Below are positions 34,400 through 42,318 of a stretch of 64,000 nucleotides of DNA, piece after piece. Within the stretch, counting starts at the first letter, position 1, and every line of letters starts with the position of its first letter. Source of the DNA: an uncultured Acidobacteriota bacterium (lineage in GTDB: Bacteria > Acidobacteriota > Thermoanaerobaculia > UBA5066 > Gp7-AA6); NCBI GenBank assembly GCA_963724465.1, contig CAVRUT010000003.1:308505-372504 (forward strand). Direction: 5' to 3'. The notes beneath the pieces were generated by a model. It saw only the letters and a program-made list of their open reading frames with translations. It ran no database searches and was not told the DNA's origin. A program made the position numbers and the translations under genes.

Positions 34400-35953
34400 C
34401 CTCCCTTCGGTCGTCCCGTGCCGCATGCGGGCCGTCGCTCCGGGCGTCCCGCTGCTCCTCGTACCACTTCTTCGCGCCGAGGAGTCGGAGCTTCGTGGCG
34501 TCGGGCTGCAGCTCGATTCCGACGCTCAAGGCGCCCGACTCGATCAGGAAGGCGCCGTCCCGGGTCGCCTTGTCGCGGAGGTAGCGCCCCTGGATGTGAT
34601 AGCTGCCGCCCCTGGCGTCGAGGCGCTCGACGCGGGTGAGCGAGGGGCCGAGGGAGACGGTGCCGGTCGCGGAAAAGTCGTCGAGGTTCACGAGGCCCCG
34701 AGTCCAGGCCGGGAGGTCGGCCGCCAGCAGCGCGAGCAGCGGCCGCGCATCCCGGGTCTCGGCGTCGATGCGCGCGGTCGTGGTCGAGTCGATCTTCCCC
34801 GAGGGGATGTCGAAGCGGCCCCACCAGCGCCGCGAATCGTCCGAGCCGGAGGCGCGGACGTCCGAGAGAGCGACCCGGCTGCCCGAGATCTCGAGTGGGC
34901 CGGTCATGAGATTCCACGCGGGGATGAGCAGGCGCACGTCGGCGTCGCCCCGGAGCGCGAGCTTCTCCAGGCGCACCGACCCGTCGTGAACCGCGAGCCG
35001 GACCTCGCCCTTCGCAATTCCCCGCTCGATGGCGGCCCGGATCGTTGCCTTGCCCGCTCCCTCTTCGAGGCGCGTGCCGGCGGAGGAGAAGAGGTGCTCG
35101 AGCGACTCGAGCCGGTCGAAGCGAGCGTCGAGCTTCACTGCTCCCGAGACCTTCTGCCAGACCTCGCTGCCGTGCACCTTCGGCGGCTCGAACGGCTCGA
35201 AGGTGCCGTCGATGGCTCCCGGATACGGAGACGCCGACAGGCGCCCGGCCGATGCGCACTTCGCCGCTCTCGAAGGAAACTCGCGCAGGGCCGATCCACA
35301 CCAGGAGGCCCGGCCGCAGGAAGAATGCCCCGTCGAGGCGCGCAGCCCCCCGGTAGTGGTAGGCGTCGAACCATATTTCGTCGAAGTGCTCGATGCGAAT
35401 TCTCCGGACCTCGATGCGCCAGGGATTGCCGCTCGGCTTCCGCCCGTTGCTCCTCCGGCGAGCGCAGCGGCGGGTCGGCGAAGCCCGGAATCGGCGGGAG
35501 CACGGACAGGTCCGCGCTCTTCGCCTCCCCGGGCTCGAGCTTGCTGCGGAGGAAGAAGGACAGACCGGTTCCGCGGAGGCGCTCTGCCCGAAATGTTCTC
35601 TTCACGAGCGCGAAGACCGAGTAGTCGACGCGCGCATCGGCCAACCGGATGATCCACTGGACGTTGTGGTCGCTGCCTCGGATCCGGAGATTCCTGATCG
35701 TGACTCGGCCGGGCCAGACAGATGTCGCCTCGTCGTAGTCGAGAGTCAGCGACTCGGGGTCCGCATTGATCAGCGCGCGCAGCCTCGGGCCCGAGAGAAG
35801 CCAGCGGGCCGCCGCCGCGTAGACGACCAGGGACAGGAGCGGGGCGAGGACCAGCAACAGGAGCAGTCGCCACGGGTGTCGAGCCCGCTGCGAGAGCTTC
35901 TTCTTGAGGCTGCCTTCCAGGCGCGTCAGTGCGGACAGAAGATCGAAGGGCAT
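34400..35953 (-). CDS. large N-terminally membrane-anchored protein of unknown function (frameshifted; 3' end uncertain)
   Basis: [53 protein letters not shown] (TM anchor), then ..[38 protein letters not shown].. and a long beta-rich region ..[37 protein letters not shown].. in other frames. It lies 27 nt downstream of the SOD stop. Confidence 0.55.
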
Positions 35954-35980
35954 CGGTCGACGACGGGCGGGTGCCCCGCG

Positions 35981-36620
35981 CTAGTCGACCCTGGTCCCCG
36001 CGCCGGCGAGCTCCACGTTGACCGCGGCACGCCGCCTCGAAACGCTCGGCCACGTCCGCCCAGTTCCAGACGTTCCACACCGCGTCGAAGAACTCGGTCT
36101 TGCGGTTCTGATACTGCAGGTAGAACGCGTGCTCCCAGGCGTCGAGCACGAGAAGCGGAGTGCCGGCCTGCGCCAGGTTCGACTGGTGGTCGTAGATCTG
36201 CGTGACGAGCAGCTTCTTGCCGAGAGGCTCCCAGACGAGCGCTGCCCAACCCGAGCCCATGATGCTCGCCGCGACGGCGTTGATCTGCTTCTGGAGCTTC
36301 TCGAAGCTCCCGAATTCCTGTTTGATCGCGGCGGCCAGCTCGCCCTGCGGCCGTCCGCCCGCCTTCGGCGCCATGTTCTTCCAGAACAGAGAGTGGAGCA
36401 CGTGGCCCGACAGGTTGAACGCGAGGGCCTTCTCGAGCGCGCCGATGTCGTCGAACTGGTCCTTGTCGCGCGCCTCGGCGAGGCGCTCGAGCGCGGCGTT
36501 TGCCCCCTTCACGTAGCCGGCGTGGTGCTTGTCGTGGTGGAGCTCCATGATCTTGCCCGAGATGTGGGGCTCGAGGGCGCTGTAGTCGTAGCGAAGCTCG
36601 GGAAGCGTGTAGGTAGCCAT
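35981..36620 (-). CDS. sodA: Fe/Mn-family superoxide dismutase (probable 1-nt change just before the stop)
   Basis: [37 protein letters not shown]...[31 protein letters not shown]. The natural stop (TAG at 35981) is reached only after a shift near 36030; otherwise the frame runs on to 33855. Confidence 0.9.
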
Positions 36621-36702
36621 TCGGAAATCTCCCATGGTTGCGGCGGGTCTCTAATCGGCACCGTGCGCCGCCACGATGCCGCCTCGCAAGGCCTCTCCTG
36701 CC

Positions 36703-36790
36703 TCACGATCATACCCAGCATGTCCGACCGACAGGGGCGCCGTCCAATCGTTGATTGCGCTCAATTCCGGACGTGGCATCGATCAACTCG
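36703..36790 (-). promoter_or_regulatory. conserved promoter-like module, copy 4 (points to SOD gene)
   Basis: The minus strand reads GAATTGAGCGCAATCAACGATTGGAC-N19-CATGCTGGGTATGATCG. The sodA ATG is about 85 nt downstream. Confidence 0.6.
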
Positions 36791-36807
36791 GTGCCGGCAG
36801 CTCCTCG

Positions 36808-37140
36808 TCAAAGCCACACGACGCCGACGGTCATGCGCGCTGCTCCGGGCCGCCTGAGCGGGAAAAACACGGAGGCCTCGTGTTGTGTCCCGCAGGCCTT
36901 GCAGTTCACGTCGACGATCTTCCCGGCCTCGGAATCGGGATCGATGATCGTCTCGTGCCGAACCCGGCAGTCGGGACAGGTCCAATTCATGTCCTGTCTC
37001 CGGTGCACTTCGACCCTCCGCTTCGGACGAGACCAGCCGGCGATCAGCTCACTGCGAAGCATCCGTAGACTGCGCGTCAATTTCACTCCATCCCCCGTTT
37101 CCACGGAGCCGGAGAGAGCAGGCTGCCGTGTCTCTGCCAT
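36808..37140 (-). CDS. zinc-ribbon protein, paralog B
   Basis: MAETRQPALSG..LRSELIAGWSRPKRRVEVHRRQDMNWTCPDCRVRHETIIDPDSEAGKIVDVNCKACGTQHEASVFF. The start is uncertain: an RBS-preceded ATG at 37201 lies in another frame, and an internal ATG at 36990 would give a 60-aa zinc ribbon. Confidence 0.55.
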   Translation of the reverse strand: MAETRQPALSGSVETGDGVKLTRSLRMLRSELIAGWSRPKRRVEVHRRQDMNWTCPDCRVRHETIIDPDSEAGKIVDVNCKACGTQHEASVFFPLRRPGAARMTVGVVWL

Positions 37141-37267
37141 TCTCGTGAGGCTCGAGGCTACGTTCGTCTTCTCGACGTTTGGGATCTGTGTTGGCAGGCA
37201 TTCGCGATACTCCTTCGGGTTCGGCGAGTCACAGTGACATCGTCGGAAAGAAGGCCGAGCGCCGGCC

Positions 37268-37320
37268 AGCATGTCCGACCGACGGCGGCGGCGTCCAATC
37301 GTTGTTTGCGCTCAGATTCA
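37268..37320 (-). promoter_or_regulatory. conserved promoter-like module, copy 5 (points to zinc-ribbon paralog B)
   Basis: The minus strand reads GAATCTGAGCGCAAACAACGATTGGAC-N19-CATGCTGG, almost identical to copy 4 in the -10-like part (GTCGGTCGGACATGCTGG). Confidence 0.6.
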
Positions 37321-37324
37321 GACG

Positions 37325-37366
37325 CCGAAACGATCGACCCGGATCGCCCGCCGCCGGCAATAAGCA
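37325..37366 (+). promoter_or_regulatory. variant module back-to-back with copy 5 (points to the plus-strand micro-ORFs)
   Basis: The plus strand reads CCGAAACGATCGAC-N19-CAATAAG. It has the same spacing as the other copies but AACGATCGAC instead of AACGATTGGAC. Confidence 0.4.
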
Positions 37367-37386
37367 AAGGAATCAAGGAGGCTATC

Positions 37387-37452
37387 ATGCTTTTCGAAGG
37401 CAACGTCACGTCGCTCACTAAGGCCTGCGGAAAGGCAAGTCGCGTAGGTTAG
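37387..37452 (+). CDS. possible 21-aa micro-ORF
   Basis: AAGGAGG RBS 6 nt upstream of ATG, giving MLFEGNVTSLTKACGKASRVG. There is no homology argument; only the RBS and position upstream of the lmo0937-family gene support it. Confidence 0.3.
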   Translation: MLFEGNVTSLTKACGKASRVG

Positions 37453-37472
37453 GCTGATCTCAAGGAGGCGCT

Positions 37473-37622
37473 ATGTTGTGGACGATCTTCGTGATTCTCC
37501 TGGTGCTCTGGCTGCTGGGCCTGGTGACGAGCTACACGATGGGGGGTTTTGTCCACGTCCTTCTCGTCATCGCCGTCATCGTCCTCGTGATCCAGCTCGT
37601 TCAGGGACGGCGCGTCGGCTGA
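37473..37622 (+). CDS. lmo0937-family small membrane protein (49 aa; below ORF-track cutoff)
   Basis: AAGGAGG RBS, then MLWTIFVILLVLWLLGLVTSYTMGGFVHVLLVIAVIVLVIQLVQGRRVG. Same architecture as the ORF at 30213-30365. Confidence 0.75.
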   Translation: MLWTIFVILLVLWLLGLVTSYTMGGFVHVLLVIAVIVLVIQLVQGRRVG

Positions 37623-37644
37623 GTCTTTGACCTGTCCGCATCCC

Positions 37645-37674
37645 GCTGGCGCGGTGGTCCCCCACCGCGCCAGC
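37645..37674. terminator. 13-bp perfect GC-rich hairpin between convergent genes
   Basis: GCTGGCGCGGTGG-tccc-CCACCGCGCCAGC between the lmo0937-family stop (37622) and the VIT1 stop (37684). There is no U-tract on either side. Confidence 0.5.
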
Positions 37675-37683
37675 CTCCGTGGC

Positions 37684-38413
37684 TCAGGCCACCGTTCCGA
37701 ACAGCGACCCGACGCCCGCCGTCAGCGCCATGGCGAGCGCTCCCCAGAACGTGACGCGGAGGGCGCCTTTCAACACGCCGGCGCCGCCCACGCGCGCCGC
37801 CAGGCCGCCGAGAAGCGCGAGGAACAGCAGGGACGTCCCCGAGACGAGCGGAATCAAGCCGCGCCACCGGGGCCACGACGGTGACCAGCAAAGGCATGGC
37901 TGCTCCCACCGCAAAGCTGGCGGCCGACGCCAGCGCCGCCTGAATCGGGCGCGCGCGGAACGTGTCGGAGATGCCGAGCTCGTCGCGGGCATGCGCGCCG
38001 ATCGCGTCGCGGGCCATCAGCTGATCGGCAACCTGCTTCGCGAGCGACGGATCGAGCCCGCGGGCAACGTAGATCGCGGCCAATTCCTTGTGCTCGCCCT
38101 TGTCGTCCGCCTTGAGCTCCGCCCGCTCGAGCTCGAGCGCTGCCTGCTCGCTGTCTGCCTGCGAGTGGACCGACACGTACTCGCCGGCAGCCATCGACAT
38201 CGCCCCGGCTACGAGGCCGGCGACTCCGGCGACCAGCACGTTGCTGTGGCTCGCATGCGCGGCGGCGACACCGAGCACGAGACTGGCCGTGGAGACGATG
38301 CCGTCGTTTGCGCCCAGCACCGCTGCGCGCAGCCAGCCGATGCGTCCGGTCCGGTGTCGCTCCGGGTGGCCCGCGGGGACCTTTGATGCCCGACCGAACG
38401 AGCCCGTCCTCAC
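37684..38413 (-). CDS. VIT1/CCC1-family iron/manganese transporter (frame change near 37870)
   Basis: ..IGWLRAAVLGANDGIVSTASLVLGVAAA..AGAMSMAAGEYVSVHSQADSE.. and, in a second frame, ..LIPLVSGTSLLFLALLGGLAARVGGAGVLKGALRVTFWGALAMALTAGVGSLFG. Confidence 0.85.
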
Positions 38414-38429
38414 AAGCGGCGCGCTCCGT

Positions 38430-38819
38430 CTATGCCAGGAATCGCCGCCGGGCGACCGCCGCGATCTGGGGGTCGGTCATCTTGTCGGCCGTTTCGAGGC
38501 CGACGATGGCCTTGCCGAGTCCCGCATCACGGAGGCGCTTTTCCACCTCGTGCTTGGCCTCGCCGGGACCGAGAATCAGAATGGACCTGGCATCCCGCAG
38601 GGACGCGATGACCTTGTCGTAGTACTGGTTGAGATGCCCCTCAAAGCGCTTGTCCCGGGCATCTTCCGCGGCACCTTCGCGCCCAGAAAAAAGGACGTCC
38701 TTCTCGAGACCCGACACAATGCGTTTCAGGTCTTCCGTACCACCGGCGACGGCCGCAATCACGGCTTGCCGGTGATCGATCCACAAGGCAACGTCTCGCT
38801 GCATCGGTGTGTTCCGCAA
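38430..38819 (-). CDS. hypothetical protein
   Basis: Intact 129-aa ORF (alternative start MQRD at 38804) with protein-like composition, between the 26-aa peptide gene and the VIT1 gene on the same strand. Family not recognised. Confidence 0.6.
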   Translation of the reverse strand: MRNTPMQRDVALWIDHRQAVIAAVAGGTEDLKRIVSGLEKDVLFSGREGAAEDARDKRFEGHLNQYYDKVIASLRDARSILILGPGEAKHEVEKRLRDAGLGKAIVGLETADKMTDPQIAAVARRRFLA

Positions 38820-38914
38820 CCCGGCCCCGCTCGGCCTGCGACGGAGATCATATCTGCGCGGTGCCTACCTCTTGATCTTTCGACCGAGGGCCAGCCCGTT
38901 CGCCTGTTGCCAGT

Positions 38915-38995
38915 TCAGGCCCGTCTGCCGCGGTACCAGTATCCGCCGCCACCGAGAAGAAAGAGTACGAGCAATACGATCACGATGGTTTCCAT
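38915..38995 (-). CDS. 26-aa single-TM peptide (below ORF-track cutoff)
   Basis: METIVIVLLVLFLLGGGGYWYRGRRA, about 45 nt downstream of the -10-like box of module copy 6, preceded by AAGGGA. Confidence 0.5.
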   Translation of the reverse strand: METIVIVLLVLFLLGGGGYWYRGRRA

Positions 38996-39035
38996 GTTTT
39001 GGTCCCTTCTCATTGGAACGTCTTGATCCACGGTG

Positions 39036-39100
39036 TGATCATGTGCCCTTCGACAGGTCCACTTCCAATCGTTTGTTCCGCTCGAGTTGAGACGTGAAAC
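39036..39100 (-). promoter_or_regulatory. conserved promoter-like module, copy 6 (points to 26-aa peptide/hypothetical/VIT1 genes)
   Basis: The minus strand reads CTCAACTCGAGCGGAACAAACGATTGGAA-N19-CATGATCA. Confidence 0.6.
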
Positions 39101-39165
39101 GGCACCGAGGCAAGCTGTTCCCGCCATGCGGGAGAAGCGACGGTTGATCGTCGCCTCGCCTGAAG

Positions 39166-39215
39166 ACGATCGGAACAAACGATTGGACGGCATGCGCCTC
39201 GAGGGGCGACGATGG
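39166..39215 (+). promoter_or_regulatory. conserved module, copy 7 (orphan; no recognisable gene downstream)
   Basis: The plus strand reads GATCGGAACAAACGATTGGAC, but the -10-like part (GCGACGATGG) is less conserved. It is divergent from copy 6, about 100 bp away. Confidence 0.45.
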
Positions 39216-39319
39216 CTTCACCACCTGGCGCTCTTGCGCCGGGAACTCATCAAAAAGCCGCGAGTCCCGCACTGGGGGCGTTAGCGGCCCTTCCTTGCCT
39301 TGGCGGGACCAGCGCATTC

Positions 39320-39392
39320 ATCGCTCGCTCGACTCAAGTCAAGCGAAACGAACGATTGGACCCGGCCCGTCGTGAGCGACATGATCATCGTC
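39320..39392 (+). promoter_or_regulatory. conserved promoter-like module, copy 8 (points to glycine-zipper protein gene)
   Basis: The plus strand reads CTCAAGTCAAGCGAAACGAACGATTGGAC-N18-CATGATCA. The GGGGAGG RBS and the ATG at 39426 follow within 40 nt. Confidence 0.65.
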
Positions 39393-39425
39393 GGTAATCT
39401 CGACTCATTACCAGGGGAGGCCAGC

Positions 39426-39917
39426 ATGCAAGCCAGGAACGACGGTGTGGTGGACTCGAGTTCTGCGAATCGCGACCCGTTGACGAACGGGCCGGGTTCT
39501 CATCCGGTCGGCACGGGCGTTGGATCCGCCGGAGGAGCCGTCGCCGGCGTCGTCGTCGGAGCGACCGTGGGTGGGCCCATCGGGGCCGTCGTGGGAGGAG
39601 CCGTCGGCGCCGTCGTGGGCGCGACGGCGGGTCACACTGTTGCCGAGGCGGTCAATCCGACGGTCGAACGAGAATACTGGAAGAGGACTTTCCAGGATCG
39701 GCCCTACTACAGGCCGGGCAAGCAGTACTCGGATTACGAGCCCGCCTATCGCTTCGGATGGGAGTCGGCGCTGCGCAAAGAGTACGGAGGCAGAGAGTTC
39801 GACGCGGTCGAGCCCGAGCTTCAGCACAACTGGACGAGCGACCGGGGCGCCGCGGATCCGTGGACCGACGCGCGAGATGCAACACGAGACGCGTGGCTGA
39901 GGGTCCGCTCGAGCTGA
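39426..39917 (+). CDS. glycine-zipper stress-type protein
   Basis: [12 protein letters not shown]...[41 protein letters not shown] (glycine zipper), then [34 protein letters not shown]. The ORF-track start (39300) is upstream of the RBS and unlikely. Confidence 0.7.
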   Translation: MQARNDGVVDSSSANRDPLTNGPGSHPVGTGVGSAGGAVAGVVVGATVGGPIGAVVGGAVGAVVGATAGHTVAEAVNPTVEREYWKRTFQDRPYYRPGKQYSDYEPAYRFGWESALRKEYGGREFDAVEPELQHNWTSDRGAADPWTDARDATRDAWLRVRSS

Positions 39918-39989
39918 GCGAGGAGGGTCGGTCGCCGCGAAACCCACGCCGATCTCCCGCCCGGCCAACCGGGCGGCCGCGAAGGTCCG

Positions 39990-42248
39990 CTAGCCCTCCT
40001 TGCGAATCAGCTTCCACAGCGCGACCCGGTCCGGCGCCAGCAGCTCCTCGATGCGGGAGTGGTTGACGTCGGCCACGATGATCTGGCCGACCTCGGTCTG
40101 CACATCGGAGAAGAGGCCGTGCGATTTCATCTTCATGGTCTGATACTTGTTGTCCTCGCTGGGACTGACGTAGTGCACCGAGTCGCTCTTGTAGCGGTGT
40201 ACCAGCCAGAGATGGACGAGCGTCATCAGCCGCTTCTTGCGCAGAGACTCCTCGAAGGTGTTCTGGTCGCGCACCGAAAGAATGCTGCGGCCGCGGCGAT
40301 CCTGGATGGGAGCAAAAACGACGTTGGCGAAGCGGTCGTTGCCGCCGCCCCCGATCGTCAGCTCGAGCAGCTCCGAGCCGGCGCGCTGGGGCAGCAGCTT
40401 CACGCCGAGCTTGTAGGGAAGCTGGTAGTGCTCGCCCCACATCGCCAGCCATTCCTCGAGCAGCTTCTTGGGCACTTCCGTCTGGACCAAGTGCTGGTGC
40501 TGGGTCGAGCCCTTGCCCATCGCCATGGTGGTGGCCGTGCGCCCCGAGGACGCCAGCAAGGCGGCGTCGACGCGCGGCCCGCCGACGAGCGTCTGAGGCG
40601 TCTTGTAGGGGGACTCGACGAGGCGAATCTTGCGCTGCAGGCGGGCGAGCGCCAGCATTCCCTCCTGCCTGAGGGCGGTGCCGAATTCCTCGGCGGCGAC
40701 GCCGTCGATCTGGTGGCCGCCGTAGGTTATGAAGTTGAAGACGAAGCCCATCTTGCCGAGCTCCTCGGGAAAGCGCTCCATCTCCTCGTCCCTCATGCCG
40801 GTCGAGTCCCAGTTGAAGGACGGCGACAGGTTGTAGGCCAGCATCTTCTCCGGGAATTCGGCGTGGATCGCTTCGGCGAACTCGCGGGCGTCGTCGAGGT
40901 TCGCCGTCTTGGTCTCCATCCACAGGACATCGGCGAAGGGTGCGGCGGCGAGCGACTTGGCGATGGCATAGGGAATGCCGCCGCGGATCTGGTAGTAGCC
41001 CTCGGGGGTCTTCGCGTGTTCGCAGTCCCAGATGATCTGGACGCCGAGCGACCTGGCCTTCTCCTTGGCCGCCCACAGCGAGGCGCGCTCGGCAAAGCGG
41101 CGCCACTGCGCGGCGCTCATCTCGAACGGCTCGCCCTCGCTGGCCCGGAACTCCAGCACCTCGGCCACCGCCTCGCCGTACGTCTCGAGGCCGCTCTCCT
41201 CCACCCAGGCTTCGAGGAAGCGCGAGGCCACTGCGTCCAAGGCGGCGTCGACCGTGAGGTGTTTGCCCTGCCGATAGGCCGCGGCGCCTTCGGCGGCGAG
41301 GGCCGTCAGCCCCTTGCGCTCGAGCCAGACGTCTGCGGCGCGGTACTCCTCGTCGCACAGCGCGTAGAGGAGGTGGCCATTGAGCTCGCGGATCCCGAGA
41401 TCGTAGAAACGCTTCAGCAGTGCCAAGTAGCCGGCTTTGTAGGAGGGCAGGTTGACGTTGGTGGCGCCCAGGATGAACGGCTGGTCGCGCTCGTCGGCGC
41501 GGCCGTCGAGCAGCGTCGCCGCCTCGGCGTCGGTCCGGGCGACGATGATGCCGGGGACCTTCATGACGTCGAGCTGGAAGCGCGCCGCGTTCAAGCGCTT
41601 GATCTGCTCGTCCTGCGGCACCAGAACCTTGCCGCCCTGGTGGCCGCACTTCTTGGTGCCCGGGCGCTGGTCCTCGATGTGGTAGCCGGGCACGCCGGCC
41701 TCGACGAAGCGCCGGATGAGGTTGCGCACGTGCGGGTCGCCGCCGTGGCCGGTATCGGCGTCCGCGATGATGAACGGGCGATAGTCATGGGCCGGCGTCG
41801 CCTCGCGCTGCTTCTCGGACATGCGCGAGCGCAGATACTGCTGGTTGCGGTCGGCGGTGAGCAGAGCGCGCACCAACACCGCGGCCTCGTCGGGCACCTG
41901 GCTCAAGGGGTAGCTCGCCAGATCGGGCCCGGGATCCTCGCTCGTCGAGCCCCTGGCCGAGGTCGCCCAGCCGCCGAGGTAGATGCCCTCGATGCCCAGG
42001 CGCTTGATCACCACCGCCTGGCCCGGCGAGTACGGGCCGAACGTCGTGATGCTCTTTCTCACGGCGAACAACTGGCGCAGGCGGTCGTAGAACGCCGCCG
42101 CCGCCTCGCGCGCCACGGTGTAATCGCGGGCGATGGTGCCTCGCTGCTCGACGACCTGGCGCGCCGTGTACAGACGCGCCGTACCCGCGAACCGCGGGCT
42201 TTCGAACCACTTCTGGGTCTCTGCGACTTCCTGCTCGAACGAAGTCAT
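39990..42248 (-). CDS. aceA: isocitrate lyase, long (ICL2-like, about 750 aa) form; alternative in-frame start at 42308
   Basis: Intact ORF with ..[13 protein letters not shown].., ..[24 protein letters not shown].. (KKCGH active site), an inserted domain and a C-terminal extension as in long mycobacterial-type ICLs. Confidence 0.9.
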   Translation of the reverse strand: MTSFEQEVAETQKWFESPRFAGTARLYTARQVVEQRGTIARDYTVAREAAAAFYDRLRQLFAVRKSITTFGPYSPGQAVVIKRLGIEGIYLGGWATSARGSTSEDPGPDLASYPLSQVPDEAAVLVRALLTADRNQQYLRSRMSEKQREATPAHDYRPFIIADADTGHGGDPHVRNLIRRFVEAGVPGYHIEDQRPGTKKCGHQGGKVLVPQDEQIKRLNAARFQLDVMKVPGIIVARTDAEAATLLDGRADERDQPFILGATNVNLPSYKAGYLALLKRFYDLGIRELNGHLLYALCDEEYRAADVWLERKGLTALAAEGAAAYRQGKHLTVDAALDAVASRFLEAWVEESGLETYGEAVAEVLEFRASEGEPFEMSAAQWRRFAERASLWAAKEKARSLGVQIIWDCEHAKTPEGYYQIRGGIPYAIAKSLAAAPFADVLWMETKTANLDDAREFAEAIHAEFPEKMLAYNLSPSFNWDSTGMRDEEMERFPEELGKMGFVFNFITYGGHQIDGVAAEEFGTALRQEGMLALARLQRKIRLVESPYKTPQTLVGGPRVDAALLASSGRTATTMAMGKGSTQHQHLVQTEVPKKLLEEWLAMWGEHYQLPYKLGVKLLPQRAGSELLELTIGGGGNDRFANVVFAPIQDRRGRSILSVRDQNTFEESLRKKRLMTLVHLWLVHRYKSDSVHYVSPSEDNKYQTMKMKSHGLFSDVQTEVGQIIVADVNHSRIEELLAPDRVALWKLIRKEG

Positions 42249-42318
42249 GGGAGTGCTCCTGCTCGGGTTCTTCTGGGCCTCGGCGACTTCCTGGTCGATC
42301 GATGTCATGGCGGCGCTC

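Noticed and set aside
37049-37201. 50-aa ORF starting at the RBS-preceded ATG 37201 (minus strand) as an independent leader peptide of zinc-ribbon paralog B
   Set aside because: It overlaps the zinc-ribbon ORF out of frame. Given the high indel rate, it is more likely the true start of that gene displaced by a frame error. The two possibilities cannot be distinguished from the sequence alone.
31071-39392. Interpretation of the conserved module as a structured 5'-UTR RNA (riboswitch-like)
   Set aside because: A hairpin can be drawn for copy 1 (TCCATCG...CGATTGGA with an inner GCTCG/CGAGC stem). The pairing partners are absent or not compensated in copies 3 and 6. The fixed spacing to a -10-like box close to the start codons fits a DNA-level promoter better. 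This is not fully excluded without TSS data.
39212-39397. 61-aa plus-strand ORF (MASPPGALAPG...) downstream of module copy 7
   Set aside because: It has no RBS, an Ala/Pro/Gly/Arg-rich composition and it runs through module copy 8. It is more likely non-coding.
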